Shown here: positions 12,200-26,543 of the stretch, piece by piece
Position numbering within the stretch: position 1 is the stretch's first letter
Layout: every line of letters begins with the position of its first letter
Assembly (NCBI GenBank): GCA_033442325.1
Contig: JAWQFM010000007.1
Location: 1,334,351-1,398,350 of the forward strand
Direction of reading: 5' to 3'
Origin: Salpingoeca rosetta
Taxonomy: Eukaryota > Protista > Choanoflagellata
Length of the DNA: 64,000 bases
Position numbers and translations under genes: made by a program
Notes under the pieces: generated by a model
The model's input: the letters and a program-made list of their open reading frames with translations, nothing else
Told to the model about the DNA's origin: nothing
Databases searched by the model: none

Positions 12200-14319
12200 G
12201 ACACACAGGGGTCGCGTACCAAAGACGTCTGGTTCGGCAATGTCGGCAAATTCGAGCAAGGCGTCGATGGCGAGGGCGGTTGTCGCGTCCGCGGTTTCGC
12301 AAAGCGAGTAGAGGAGGTTGAGTGCAGCCTGGCTCAGCACCTGCAGTCCACGCGCTTTGGTAGAATGCAGGACAGCGCGCAGGAAGAGGACATCAGACAG
12401 GGACGGTGCCTTGTTCTTGCCGTCGGCGTCGAGCCAGAGCAGCCAGCTGTGCACCAGCTGCTGCACATGCTCACTCTCCGCGGCAACGTGCAGCACAAGC
12501 ACGGTGTGCAAATCGCGCACGCCGACCGTGATGGTCGTGTCGGCATCCAGGGCCATCGCTGTCAGCAGCGGACGATGTGATGACGACGAAGCACTTGTGT
12601 GTTTTGTTGTTGTAGTTGTAGTTGTTGCTGGTGCTGGTGCTGGTGCTGCGCTGTTGTCTGCGGTCCACTGGCGCGAGACGGCTGCAGAGAGCAGCGTCTT
12701 CTGTAAAACACTCGCGCACGTGGGTGACATGTCAGCGGCAGCACGAACGAGGCGGGTGAGGTTCCCCACGATGCACGCAAGGCCGTAGCGAAGCATGTCT
12801 GGCGTGGACGCGCTCAGACACAGCGGGTAGAGCAGCCGCAGTGCGTGTGCAGCGCCAACGCTTGCGCCCCGGTTGGACAGGTGCGAGGCCACAAACAGCT
12901 GCACCTGCGCGTTGATGTCCTCAACACGCGATCGCAGCCACATAATTGCGGGCGACACAGCAGGCGCAGTACCGTTGCTGCCGGCACCAGCGCTGCAGCG
13001 CTGCACGGCCATGGTCAGGCCACGCAGCGCCCACAGAAGATCAAGCGTGCACGTGAATTGTGGGAGTGGCGAAACAGTGAAGACGTCGCTGTGCGCCATC
13101 GCTGTTGGTGCTGGCAGCAAGCACGCCAGCAGCACCTGCATGTGATTTGCGCTGCGTGGTGCAAGCTGGGCATTCACGGCTGCACCTGTGTGGCTGAGCG
13201 CCGGCGTTGGTGTGCCTGCAAGCACGAGGTTGCACCCAATGCGCGTTGCAGCTGCGCCACGGGCGTACAGGTGGCCGCTCTTCGTGTCCGTTGCCGCAGC
13301 AGCCATGGCAACAGCCGCATCAGCATCACTGGCGGCATCACCACCCAAAGCGGTGTTGCCGCTTGCTGCGGTGCGAACAAGCCGCTGGACAATGTGCTCA
13401 ATGAGCGCATTTGTGGGCAGCGTTCGCAATTGAGCGGCAGCCGCTGCCTTGGCGTGTGGGACAACCGGCACCACCGCGTCACTATCGATACTCGGAAGAG
13501 GCAGCATGTGCTGCTCACCGTCGACGTGCCCGTCCACTACTGCTGCTGTTGCTGCTGCTGTGTCCTTGGCGGCTGCGCTGTTGATGGCGGTGATGGCGCG
13601 CTGGAGCAAGGCGAGTACGGGCTCAAGGGCGGGATTGGAGCGAAGCGGCTCAAAGAAATGGTGGCGCACAATGTAGGCGAGGAGCGGCGAGGCGTGGGCA
13701 CCCATCACGCGCACAACGACATCAGCAACGTACGCAGCAACAACCACAGCAGCGTCATTCGCACCGTGTTGTGTGCAGAAGGCAGCGGCGTGTTTCAACA
13801 GCATGAACAGCACGGCGCTCACATCAACAACAGGCTCGTCCTTCCCTGTCCTCATCGTCGTCGTTGTACCATCATCACCACCATCATCATCACCATCAGC
13901 AGTTGCAGCGGCAGCGGTCGCCGTGTGCAGGAGGTCCTCGGCAATGCGCATGGGGTTAGTGAGCACGGCCGTGTATGTGTCCACGAGCAGGTCAATCACC
14001 GCTGTGTGTGCCGGCACGTCGCCCCACCACGCCGACAGCTCAGCCAGCAGCGGCCCAGAGAAGGCGCCCGTTTCGCTAAAGATGCCTTGCAGCAAGCTGG
14101 CCGTGAACCGGGCATAGGACGGCGGCGCACGTGCGTGGATGTGAAGAATGTGGTGAAGACGCGTCTCAACCTTGCTGTCAGCACCATGGTTGGACGCACC
14201 CTCACCTTCCTCCTTCTCCTCCTGCTGTTGCTGCTGTTCCTTCTTTGCGCGTTTCGCAGGCTGCTCGCTGCCATCACTTCCTCCCTTACCACTGCCATCA
14301 CCACCATCACCATCATCAC

Positions 14320-14354
<35 letters not shown>

Positions 14355-16866
14355 CCGGGCTTGAGCCAGTCTGTGACGGCTGCACCCTCGCGCAGCACGC
14401 CAAACAGGCGCTTGAGTGTGAGCGGCGACATCTGCACTGCAACGCGCGGGCGCGGCAGCAGACGGCCAAGGTCGAAGCGGGACAGCGCGTCCGGGAAGAA
14501 GCGCTGGTAGTACGCGAGCGCATGCAGGAACAGGCCCAGCGTGCTGTCGGCAAAGCGTGTTGGTTCTGCGTTGGTATCGATGGCAGCGGTGTCACCTGCC
14601 CCCGCACCGGCAGCGGTAGCAGCAGCACTACCATTGTTCTTGCCCTTCTTGCCCTTCTTGTTTTTCTTGTCGCGCTTGCGCTGCTGTTGTTGTTGCTGCT
14701 TCAGCTGTCTCGCGGAGAGGCGTGTTGTGTGCCCTGTGGTGTACAGCGACACCAGCACCTGTGCGTCCGGCAGCCGCTTGCGCACGGCAGCCCTGAGCGC
14801 CTGCTGGAACTCGGCTTGCTCGCTGGCTTGCAGGTCACGCTGGGCCACCACCTCAATGTCGTCAGCAAGGCGGGCGAGGCAGGCCACGAGCGTCACCGCA
14901 GCCGTGTGCACGACAACGGCGCTCTGGGATCGCAGGGCGCGCGTGAGCGGGGAGCGGGCCATGTTGGGCGGCACAATCATGGCTGCACGGTAGTCCACGC
15001 ACGCGTACATCTGGTGCCGGATTGGCGGCGACGGGTGGCGCAGCACGCTGAAGGTGAGGCGCATGTTGGCCAGGTTGGTCAGCGAGAGCGTGTCGTCACA
15101 CGGCACCAGCGTGGGCGTGAGCACAAGCGGCACCACATCCGGTGCAGCGTAGCACGCGGCAACAAACAGCTCAAATGCCATGCCCAGCGTGCTCGGTGTG
15201 CGCAGGGTGGCAAGCAGGTGCTGGATGGTGCTGTTGGCGCACGTGTCCGACACCCACGGCTGGCGCCAGTCCACAGCGCCGGCGTGTGTTGCCGGCGGCA
15301 CAAAGCACAGGCCTGCAGCCTGGTTTGTGCACAGGAGCAACAGCAGCTCGTGCACGGCCTCTGGAACGTTTCGATCGTCCTCTTTGAAATGGGGGGTGAA
15401 CTGCCGCTGCTGTTGTTGTTGTTGTTGCCCGTCCTGGTGTCCGTTACTGTTGCCGTCACCACGTGCACCCTCATCATCGTCGTCTTGGTTGTGCTGCTCG
15501 TCCTGTTGCTGCTGTTTCTGCTCTTGCTTCCTCTGCTTGCGCTGCTGTGCCTTGATCTCCTTCTTGATGCGGGCAGCGACGGGATCGGAAAAGTGGTACA
15601 GGTTGCCCAGGATCATGAGGTGGTGTGGCGTGAAGAGCGCGAGCTTGTGCTTGCGCTTGATGTCTTCGCGTGAGGCCACCAGGTGCAGGCCCGCCAGCAG
15701 CGTCATGACCGTGTGCTTGGGGTCTTTCTCTGCTTCCTTGAAGAGGCCCTGCACGACAGGCTTCTGCTGCAGGATCCAGGCAACAATGTCCGGGTTCTCC
15801 ACGTGGAAGAAGGAGGTGACGTACGAGACAAAGAGGGCGCGCACGCTCCAGCGGTCAAATGCGGACCGCTTCTTGGCCAGGGCAGCAAGGCCCGCCTGGG
15901 AGATGTCGAGGCTGCGGTACATGGCACGTGCGGCCGTCTCCCCGAGCCGCACCATGGCGATGAGCAGGTTGAGGGCGGCCTTGTTCACGCTCACGCGCTG
16001 GATGTTGATGTTGTAGTTGAGTGTCTTCTGGTGCTTGTTGAGGATACGGTGCACAAGGGTCATGCCTTCGTCCTCGGTATGACGGCGCTTGATGTAACGC
16101 AGGATGGCGCTCAAAGAATCCTGTTGTTGAATCGAAAACACACGCGCAAGCGCGGACGCGCGAAGACGCACACGCACACACACACACATACACGCACAAC
16201 AGCACCATGGCAACGTATGAAATCAAGCTTGCGCGATCAACCAAGATCGGGACGAGGAGCGAGGAGAGAGAGGAGCGAGCAAAGCAGAGCACACAACAGA
16301 GGCGTTCACAAACCAGGATGATGGGGGCATCCTCGCTCTGATTCCTGGTGCGATCGTGTTCCCACAGCTTGAAGATGATGTCACACTCTGCGATGTTGAC
16401 GACATGTGTGTATGTGAGGGGAGGGGAAGAGAGAGTGTGTGCTTGAGCATGTGTGTTTGAGCATGAGTGTGTGCATGTTTTGTTGTTTGTCACGAGGAGG
16501 GGATCACGTGCAAGGAAAGCAGCACGTGCAGCCGCAGTCACAAGCGCGCGGCCACACGGAGATACTCAGAGAGAGCGCGAGACAGAGCGCGAGACAGAGC
16601 GCGAGAGAGACGACACACACACACATACACACAGCACACACAAGTACACGTGCATGCGCATACACACACACACACACAGCACACACAAGTACACGTGCAT
16701 GCACACATGTACACATACGTGGGTCGTGTTGCAGCAGGGCGGCCACGAGCACGCCAAAGTCATCCTGGGTAGTTGGACGCTTCCCAAGTTTGCTGAACGT
16801 GGACAGGGCAGGGCGGATGGCTGTGCCAGACTGCTGCAGCAGCTCCAAGAACATGGACGGCTCCAT
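6829..16866 (-). CDS. URB1: Nucleolar pre-ribosomal-associated protein 1 (URB1/Npa1), multi-exon
   Basis: Large exon ~12215-16120 carries the Npa1 N-terminal region (AALNLLIAMV...VRALFVSYVTSF...LFKEAEKDPKHTVMTLL...KRKHKLALFT..LGNLY). Exon ~8890-9290 carries the NopRA1 region YDPMYMLPLL...FVEKQCARFCFAALSSPSRRIR. Further exons read RPTLDLKDLPLFLSLFNSSSLTHRKERIW and LRLLAQGCRNPLDL. Last exon stops at 6829. Exact exon edges are not all resolved. Confidence 0.85.
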
Positions 16867-16997
16867 CCTGCAGAACTACACCTTCGCTTGCACCTTTGCA
16901 CAAACAAAGCAACTGAGTGTGGGCTGATGATGCTTGTCTTGCTTGTCGCACACTGCTGCTGCTTTGTGTCGTTGTACACGTGTGTGCAATTGGCAAA

Positions 16998-19900
16998 ATG
17001 GTCCTGAGTAAAAGCAATTTGCAAATCCACCGTTTGGCTGCGAGGTGCGAGTGGTTGTTCTTGTTGTTGTGGTGTTTGTTTGGTGTGGTGTGTTGTGCAT
17101 CCTGGCTGGCTCGCTCGCTGACTGGCTTGCTCGCCACCTGCACAGCTGTGCGTTGCAAACCAGTGAGGCATCGCGTTTCTCACCATCGCGCTGTTTAATT
17201 TGATTGATGTGGTTGGGTACAAGCAGCTCTCGGGGTTGCACGACTAGCAGGCAGGCAAGGGCCGTTGTTTACACGCCACAGACGTGACAGCGATGGCGTT
17301 TGCAGATCGCGTCTGCTTAAGGTAAGCAAAGGAGTGAGAATGTGTCCCCAGAAGCACACACACACAGACACAGACACAGACACAGACACAGACACAGACA
17401 CAGACACAGACACACACGCACACACACAGACACAGACACAGACACACAGACACACACACACACACAGACACACACACACATACATACACACACACACACA
17501 CGCACACACACACAGACACAGACACACACACACACACATGGGGCTGCTGTGTAGGCTGGGCCCCCTGCACAGTTGATGTGTGTGTGTGGAATGAACGTCT
17601 CGTGGTGCTGCAGTTTGATGGAAGCGCGCATTTATGGTGGAGTGCAGTGTGTGTTGCTCACAAGAACTTCCACTGTCATGTTGGTGATGATTGTGTTGCA
17701 TCGGCAGCCTACGCTGTCAGGTATTCACGCTGCAACGGGGTGCTCCAACGGATGCCACATGGACTCCACTCGCACAAGGCAACTTAATTCCTGTACACAT
17801 CATCCAACGAAAGGTTCGCCCACCTGTAGGGGCGCGACCTGTGCGTGCGTGCGTTTTGGGTGCGTGTGTGTGTGGTTTGTGGGTGCGCGTGTGTGCGTTG
17901 TGGGTGCTTGTCAATCCCGATTGCAGGAAGCTGCGTGTGTTGTAGCGGTTCAATGTTGGTAGCCAGTGTTGTTCTCACGCTTACGGTCGGCTTTGCAGTT
18001 CCCTGAGAGGCAGCAAACGATTGGCAAGCACACGTTCAAGGTGGCACAGGCGTTTGTCCTGCAAATACAAGTAACGGAAGCCACCGTTCGAGAGCACCCA
18101 TTTGCAGAGCCAGGTGTGCCTGCTTGTTTGTGTGAGGTTGGTTGTGACTCGGTTTTCGTGGTGCTTACAACTGTGTTCAGCCTGGTTGCCGCTGCGCCCA
18201 TGTCTCTCCGTGAAGCTGGTGCGCACTACCCAACAACGACCACTGATCACGACACACATGTGCTCACCACACGCTGACACTTCCTGCAGGGATCAATGTG
18301 CAACGCAAGGCGTCGTGCTTTGTGCTCTGGTCTGATCGCCGTCTCGGCAAAGCCATCGGCCTCAACTTTGTGTCCGAGTATGATGCTGCTGAGGTATGCC
18401 CGTTGTACGTGTGTGATTGTGTTTGTATGTGTGTTTGTATGTGTGTTTGTATGTATATGTATGTATGTGTATGTATGTGTGGTTGTGTACAGGTGCGTGT
18501 GTGAATATGTGTGTGCGTGTGTGCGTGCGCGTGTGTTTTCCTGCCCAATTGCAGCGAGTGTGTGTGTGTACACCGACGACACCACGAGCTGTTGCTTCAG
18601 TTGAGCTGAAATGACACGTGAAAACGCTGCCACCACATACCCGTAACACCACCACCCGCCCACCACTGCCACGACCCCTGCTGCTTGTTCATGCATCAGT
18701 TCATGCTGGCCGCTGGGGTGACGTTCCACGAGCAGCGGGAACACGTGGCGTCACTCAACCAGCACGACCGCGCTGCCGCCAACGGCCCCGTGGACCAGGC
18801 GCCAGATGTGCAGTTGCCTGTCGAGGCACTGAACGTATCGTCCTCGGTGCGCGTCAAACACACGCTCGTCCGCTCTAAACAGTCAAAGGTGCGTGGTGTC
18901 TGGTGCGTGCATTTTTTTTTGATCGTGGAAGCGACTCATGTGGTGTACGTGTACGTACGTGCGTGGATCTGTGTGTCTGTAACTATGTAAACTACGTGTA
19001 ACTGTGCGTGTGCACATGTATGTGCGTATTACTGCGTGTGTGACTGAGTAAGTGTATCGTGGTTTTCAAACACGACCTCGGGCGCTTCTGCCAGCAGCAC
19101 CTGCAATGATAGTAGCACGCTCGTACTTGCACTCACGTACCCTGGTCGAAACATGGCCTGCAGGTGACGCTGCTATCGAAACGCACGTGGCACAAGATGA
19201 TCGCCACCTTGCAGGGGTCCATGCTTGTGCTCGCAGAGAGCGAAAAGGCGCAGCCAACCTACTTGTGTACGTCATGGTGTCGTGTCCCGTGTTTTGTGCT
19301 TCATACCCCTCGTAGCTGCCCCACACCCTCCCCACATGGTCAATACGCTTTCACTCATAAGAATCCAATCACACTACCGTCGCCCAACGCGCGCACACAT
19401 TGATATCCACACATCCACACTTACACACACACTTGCACACACACACACTTGCACACACACACACCTTTACACACACGCTTACACACACCTTTACACACAT
19501 GCACAGCTGTGGAGGATTGTCTGGTGCAAGCGTCGTTCAAGTCGTCATCCAAGCAACACCAGTTTGTGCTGGCGCTGGAGGGTGGTGATTGCTTCCACCT
19601 CGCCGTGAGTCAGCACATGCACGCGCCCATGAAACCTCTGCGTCTGCTTTGTGTGTGTGCATGTGTACGTGTGTGCGCGTGTGCATTTATGCATGTGCGC
19701 AGACATTATTATCCACCACGCCCATCTCAATCCGCGTCTCTTCCCGTTCTCCCTCTCTCTCTTCGTGCCTCTCCCTCTCTCCATCACTCTGCCCGTCACT
19801 GCGTGCTCCAACGGGACGACCAGACGACGACCAAGGAGGAGCTGCACAAATGGGGGCGGCGCTTTCTCCTGGCAGCGATTGTCGCCGAGACGAAAACCAC

Positions 19901-20384
19901 AAGCATACGCGACTGCCAGGCCATCATCGACACCAGGATAGCAGAGGTGCTCCATGCTTGCACTGCAGTGGTGGCGAGGACAAGAAGAAGAAGGAGGAGG
20001 AGGAGGAGGAGGAGGAGGAGGAGGAGGAGGAGGAGGAGGTGATGGTATGCGATGCTGGTGGTTGTGATTGTGATGGGAGGAGCAAGAGACCTCGTGAATG
20101 ATCAACCGCTCAAGCTCACTTTGTACTACTTCCATGAACGCACATGTGCACGCCTTTGCAGGTAACGGAGCAAATCACCATTGAGACGAATCACATGCGC
20201 GCAACGGAGCTGCGGGTGAGTCACGCCGCCACGTGCATGACATCATCACAACACAGGCGTCACATGATCATGACATGGCATGCACGTATGCGCGGAATGC
20301 CAATTCCGTCACATCAACGGGTGTTGTCATCATATACGCTCTCACTCACTGATATGCACACACACATACACATGTGCCCATCCA

Positions 20385-20454
<70 letters not shown>

Positions 20455-23400
20455 GCGGCATGAGTTCAGCTTGCATCTGGTGGCGATACAACAAGCAAAG
20501 ATACGCTGTCTGCGCAAGTCGCGCACTGGCAGGTGCACTTGGAGCAGCTGCACATCACCCTCTTCCGTTATGAGTGCTACCGCACCGTCCTGATCCACTT
20601 CCACGACTGGACACCCCAGCACCTCCCCTCTGCCCAGCGCCTGCTGACGTGCCTCAGTCGCCAGACGCGCGACAAGCTCAACAAGCTTGGGTACCTCAAC
20701 GCCATTGGGCTGTACGCTGTCGTTGGCGCACGCAGCGAACGCGAAACCATGCAGCAGGTGTGCACCGAAACCTGCTCACTCGCGTGTTGGATGCGTTTGC
20801 TTGTGTTGTGTTTTGGAGTCAGGTGTGGGAGTGGGTGCAGTGCAGCCGTGTTTGCTTCGTCTGGTTGATGCGCCGGCTGATTGTTGTTTTCACGGCACAC
20901 ACACGCACACACACATGTACGGTGCTTAACGTATCGGGTGTATTGTGCACACATGCATGTTCCTTACGCTGCCAGAGCAATTGCTCATGAACCGCATGCT
21001 CACACACACACATTCACACACGCACATCCACACACGCACACACATATCCACACACACACACTCTCTCTCACACTCTCATGACACACACACACACACGCAC
21101 GCACATCGCTCGTATGCACGCCTTGTGGCGACAGCTTACACATGCGAGGAAGCTTCTTATGGAAGACAAGCAAGCCCAGAAGGGAAAGAAGAAGGGCAAG
21201 GTACGATTAACGAAACCAGCAAGGCGTGCATCACGCCTTTGCACCTCGTCTCCAGAGGGCACACACACATACACACACACACAGACGCACAGACACAAAC
21301 ACAGACAGACACACACGCTCACACGCAGACATACATGTACACTCAAACAACTTCTCCAACCACACCCCATGCGTGCATGTCGCGTGCTGTAGGATTCGGC
21401 TAAGCAGCCTGCGGGGGCGTTAACGCCAGACACACAAGCAATGCATCGGCTGAGCCTTCTGGGGCAGTTTGTACGCGTGTATGTGGAAGGACAGGGGCAC
21501 ACGGTCCTGAAATGGCGCAACGACATGACAGCCCAAGACGTTTTGGTGGACACATGCTCCAACCGAAACGTTTCATTTCGCGACTACTACCTGGTGGCCT
21601 CTGTGCGGGATGCGCAGCAGGGCGGCGGAGCGCTGTGCACACGCCGCCTCCTCCCCGAAGCCGTCGTGGACGAACACATGAGCAACTTTCGCCTCATGCG
21701 CAAGGCGCAACGCCACATCACGCTCACGCGCACGCTGGGCGAGAGCTTTGGGCTGGTGCTGGATCAACTGCAGGTGCAGGCGGGGGACATGGCTGCGGAT
21801 GAGGTGGTGGTTGAGGATGTCCTGTCTGCGTCGCCAGCAAGCGCGGCAGGGCTGCAGGTTGGAGACTGCTTGCTGGAGCTGTCGGGCCAGCCCCTGTCCG
21901 GGTCAAACGTCGGATATGTGGAGCAGCTTATGCTGAAGGCGGTGCAACTGAACCTGCTGGTGCGACACGAGGGCACGCGGGCGTCGCAGCTGCCCGAGAA
22001 CGCATACGGGGAGCTGGCGGCGTATGTGTCACAGCACATGCTGGCACCACCGCCACGGCTGTCACGGCGCAGGCGACGGCGGCGACCACCACGCAGCGGT
22101 GTCACTGGGGGAGGGTATGGTAGCGATGATGACGATGATGATGATGATGACGCTGGTGCAAAGGAGATCGAGCCACCCCCATGTGTATGCGAGCTGTGGG
22201 CAGCGGATGCGCTCGGCAGCAAGTATGGCCACTTTGTCAATGGTGTGTGCCCACTCTGTCGGCGCGCAGTGCGCAGCCCTGACAGCAAAGTGACAACAGC
22301 AACAGCAGCACAGATGAATGGACGGGGTGCCGGCGGCGTTGACCGCGGTGAACAAAGGCAAGCAGTGTCAAGCGATGATGACAGTGAGGAAGAGGATGAG
22401 GAGGAGGATGAAGCAGGGGCAGGTGGTGGTGGTGGTGGTGGACGCAGCAACAGCAGCAAGAAGAAGAGAAAGCAGCAAAAGAGCCCGAATAAGCGCGTGC
22501 TTGTGGATCACCCGAGCAAGCAGGTCAAGTCACGATCGTTCAAGTTTGCTGCAAACGAGCCGCTCGATGACAGCGATCCTCACCAGTTTGCACGGCAGGT
22601 GTCGTACTTTATTCGTGACACGGACGCCGTGACACGGTACATGCAGCAGCTGGTGAAGCAGGCTGCACACGACGACGTTTTGGAGGAGGAGGAGGAGGAG
22701 GAGGAGGAGGAGGAGGAGGAGGACCAAGACGAAGCGCAAAAGGAAGACGAAGAAGGTGAACAAGGGGGGAAAATTGATGGAGATGAAGACGAGGATGAGG
22801 AAGAAGACGAGGATGAGGATGAGAAGTGGGATGAGGAAGAAGGGCCGGGCGGCGTGGGGGCTGATGGCGATGTTGCTGGTGCTGCCTCATCGCATCGAAG
22901 ACAGGGGAGTAGCGCCGCGAGCACGCAAATGGCAGCGGTAACAGCACCTACAGGTGATGCCGAGAGCGACAGCACTGCAGACAATGAAAGCGTGACCAGT
23001 GGCGTTTCGTCTGCTCTGGCATCATCTTCGGCTGCGTCCACGCCGCTGCCGCTCGCTGTCTCCTCTGATGCCCGCGTCACCCACCACCAGCAGCAACAGC
23101 AGCAACAGCAGCAACAGCAGCAAACACCGCGGCGACACATGTCCATGTCTGCTGTTGAGCGCGGTGGACAGCACACGAGGGCGCTGCTGTTGGCTGCGTC
23201 TGACGCCATGAGCCCGCTCGCTGCGAAGAAGACCAAGGAGTTGATTCGGCTGCGCGCCACCATCCTTGAGCTGGTTGAAACGGAACGCAGCTTTGTCGAC
23301 AGTCTCGACATGATGCAAGAGCGGTTTATCCGCCCGTTGATTGCAGAGCGCATGCTGTCGTCGTCGGCCCAGGCGACTGTGGTGTCCAACTTGCCTGAGC

Positions 23401-24605
23401 TGGTTGCGTTTCAGCATGGCTTTCTGCAGCAGCTTGAGTCGAGCTGCCGCGTGGTGTTGGCGTCCTCCAGCACACGCATGTCGCCCTCGGATGCGCGCGC
23501 GCTCACGCGTGCTGCCGACGCGCTTGCCCAGCTCTTCCTGGCCAAGGCCAAGCCGTTCCGCATGTACGCGCGATACTGTGCCACGCACGCCGCTGCCGTG
23601 AAGGTGGTGAGCAATGAGGCGGACCCAGCGCTGCAGGCGTGGCTTGATGCGCGCAACCCGCGCCAGGAGCAGTCGGCAAAGCTCTCCTCACTGCTCATCA
23701 AGCCCGTGCAACGCGTGCTCAAGTACCCGCTGCTGATGCGAGAGCTCGCCTCACACATCCCTGGCGCAGGCCCTGTCAAGGCGAGCGTGCAGCGCGCACT
23801 GGACTCCCTTGCGGCATTGGCGACACACATCAACGACATGACGCGGCTGTGCGAGACGTTTGCAGAGCCGCTGGCACAGAGCCTGCCCTCGTTTGACCTG
23901 AGCCAGCACCTGGAATCGCTGGAGACCTCGGAGGAAGTAATGTGGGTGAATGCGCTTGACGACCGCGGGCGCCCGCGCCGGCACGTGCCCTGCCACTTGC
24001 TCATCTTCTCGCACGCTATTCTCGTGTTTGAGAAGCTGCCGTCAACGGAGAAGCCCAGCAAGCGCAAGGGCCCCTCCTCCATCACGCCGCTGCCGCGCTA
24101 CGTGTTTGTGGCGCACGTGCCGCTCGCCAACGCCATGGTTGCGCCGCGGTTGGACAAGCGCGTGCAGGCTGTAGGCCCCAATGCAAACGCCGTGTCGTGG
24201 ACGCTGTACCACGTGCAGTCAGAGCACGTCGGCCACGACGACAGCCAGCGCCACCTTCAAGATGGCCGCGACCAGCAACACCAGCAGCGGCAGCAGCCGC
24301 CAGACGAGGCGGCGGCGGCACACCTGCAGCGAAGAGACAGCCAGGGGCAGCAGCAGCAGGCAGTGGTGCAGCAGGGTCGCGATGATGATGCTGCAGTGAG
24401 TCGCTCGCCACGGCTGCTGCGCCGACCTTCGCTCTCTGGGGTGAAGCGGGCAAAGCGGCCGCTGCTGGCGTCGTCGTGCATGACGGTTGTGGACGAGGCG
24501 ACGGGCCGCACCCAGCATGTGTACTGCTTTGGGATGGAGTATGATGCTGCCAAGACAGCCATTGTCAAGCGCATCACAGACCTCATCGTGCGCAGGGCGC
24601 ACTGA
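16998..24605 (+). CDS. TIAM1: Tiam1/Still-life-family Rac/Rho GEF: EVH1-PH-CC-Ex-RBD-PDZ-DH-PH
   Basis: EVH1 exons [11 protein letters not shown]|VFTLQRG..WTPL..LIPVHII...[22 protein letters not shown] (17614-18700). PH pieces at ~19165-19600. CC-Ex [45 protein letters not shown] (20533-20757). In ORF 21441-24605: RBD, PDZ ([20 protein letters not shown]), DH ([31 protein letters not shown]) and PH. The start exon [15 protein letters not shown] (16998) is inferred from phase-compatible splice sites. Confidence 0.88.
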
Positions 24606-25217
24606 GGGCCGTGGTGTGTGTAAGTGTGTGCAAGTGAGTGTGTGTGTGTAAGTGTGTTTAAGTTGTTGTTTGTGTGTGTAAGTGTGTTTAAGCTGTTGTT
24701 TGTGGTGTTCATGCTGGCAGCGGCGGCGGCAGTGGTGTGTATGTGCGTGAGTGCTGCGAGTTGTTGCTGCTGGATACGCTTTCGAGAGAAGTTAGCTGAA
24801 ACACTGATGAGATGCGGTGTTTGTTTCTTGGTTTGAATGTCGATCGAACGCATGCTGTTCATCTTCAGGCAGTTTCCTTTCCTTTCCTTCCTCCCTCTCG
24901 GTGTATATTACTCTTTTGATGATGATGGCATGGTGGTTGTTGAACTCGTGCCTTCTTCTTCATGCCTCTCTCTTGTCCATTACTAGGTACATAGCTGATT
25001 GCAGTCCAGCTGCGTTCGTATCAGGTGTCAAGCCATTGCAGACACACAAGACAGACACGCAGACACACACAGACAAAGTAGACACACACGCACAAACAGA
25101 CAGACGCACACACAGACACACAAACAGACAGACAGACAGACAGACACACACACACACACACAAGGTGTGGACGAATGGTGGGTGTCTTTGGCAGAATTTC
25201 TGCAGAAACGGACGGCG

Positions 25218-26485
25218 ATGGCGGACGAGGTTGAGGTGTTGGCGCGTGTGGGGTGCTTCTTCGCGGTGGTGTGGGGCTGTGGGCGGCTGTTCTCGCTCAT
25301 CCACGCCCAGTTGGTGGGGGAGATCCTGGCGGGGATCCTGCTCAGCCAAGATGTGATTGGATGGCTGCCACCCATGGATTTGATCGTCATCCTGGGGCAG
25401 GTCGGGCTCATCTTCCTGGTGCTGGAGGGCGGCATGTCGATCAACGTGCACTTGCTGCCGCGCATCGGCCTGCGTGCGGTGCTTGTCGCCGTGACGGGCA
25501 CCCTGCTGCCCGTGCTGCTCGGCTGGGCGTTCATGACCATCACTGGCAAAGGCCGCATCGAGTCCATAGCCGCTGGCGCCGCCCTCTCAAGCACATCCAT
25601 TGGCATGGCCAGCAAAATGTTGCAGAGCATGGGGCAGCTGAACACGACGCTGGGCAACTTGATTGCCGTTGCAGCCATGATCGACGATGTGTTGTCACTG
25701 GTCATCCTGGCTGTGCTGCAACGCCTCGGATCTGACAACGGCGGCGACGCTGGCAGTGACAACGGTGTCGACACCCCCAGCAACGTGACCTCAACCATTG
25801 CTGCAAGCACAACCAGCACGACCAGCATCGCGGGGGTCTCGACAAGCAACGGCGACAGCGCATGGGTTTACCTCGAACCCGTTGTGGTATCGTGTGCGTT
25901 TGTGCTGATTGGCGCCATCTTGGTGCAAGCTGTTCCGCGGATCGAGCGTGCCGTTCCTTGGCGCCAGGAAGAGCACCGCAAGCAAGGCCTGCTCCTCGCC
26001 GTGCTTCTCATCACGCTGGGCCTGGTGACCGCAGCTGGATACACAGGCACCTCGTACCTCCTTGGTGCTTTTACGGCAGGAATGGCGTTTGCAGACGTGC
26101 CTGGTGTACTTGACTACTGGCTGGAGCTGTCCCCGGTATCCGACATGCTCTCGTCCATCTTCTTTGCCAGCATCGGCCTCATCGTCCCCGTCAACACCCT
26201 CTTCAAGCCCATCCCGCTTGGGTACGGGGTCCTCTACACCATCCCCGCCATCCTGGGCAAGCTTGTCACGGGCGTGTTCGCGGGCGCGCTGCCCAAGGCG
26301 CAGGTTGTCGGATGGGCCATGGTTGGACGCGGCGAACTCGGGTGCGTACATGTGTTGTGTTAACAACGGTCGTGGTTTCTTATTCGCTTGGTGTTGTTGT
26401 GCTGCCGTGCGCTCCCATTCGTGACGCCTTTCTCACCACCATGTGCCGCTCTGCCGTGCTCTCGACACCGTGTACCGCTTTCCAA

Positions 26486-26543
<58 letters not shown>

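Noticed and set aside
12845-15673. 942-aa ORF on the + strand
   Set aside because: Antisense shadow of the GC-rich URB1 large exon; no recognisable motifs.
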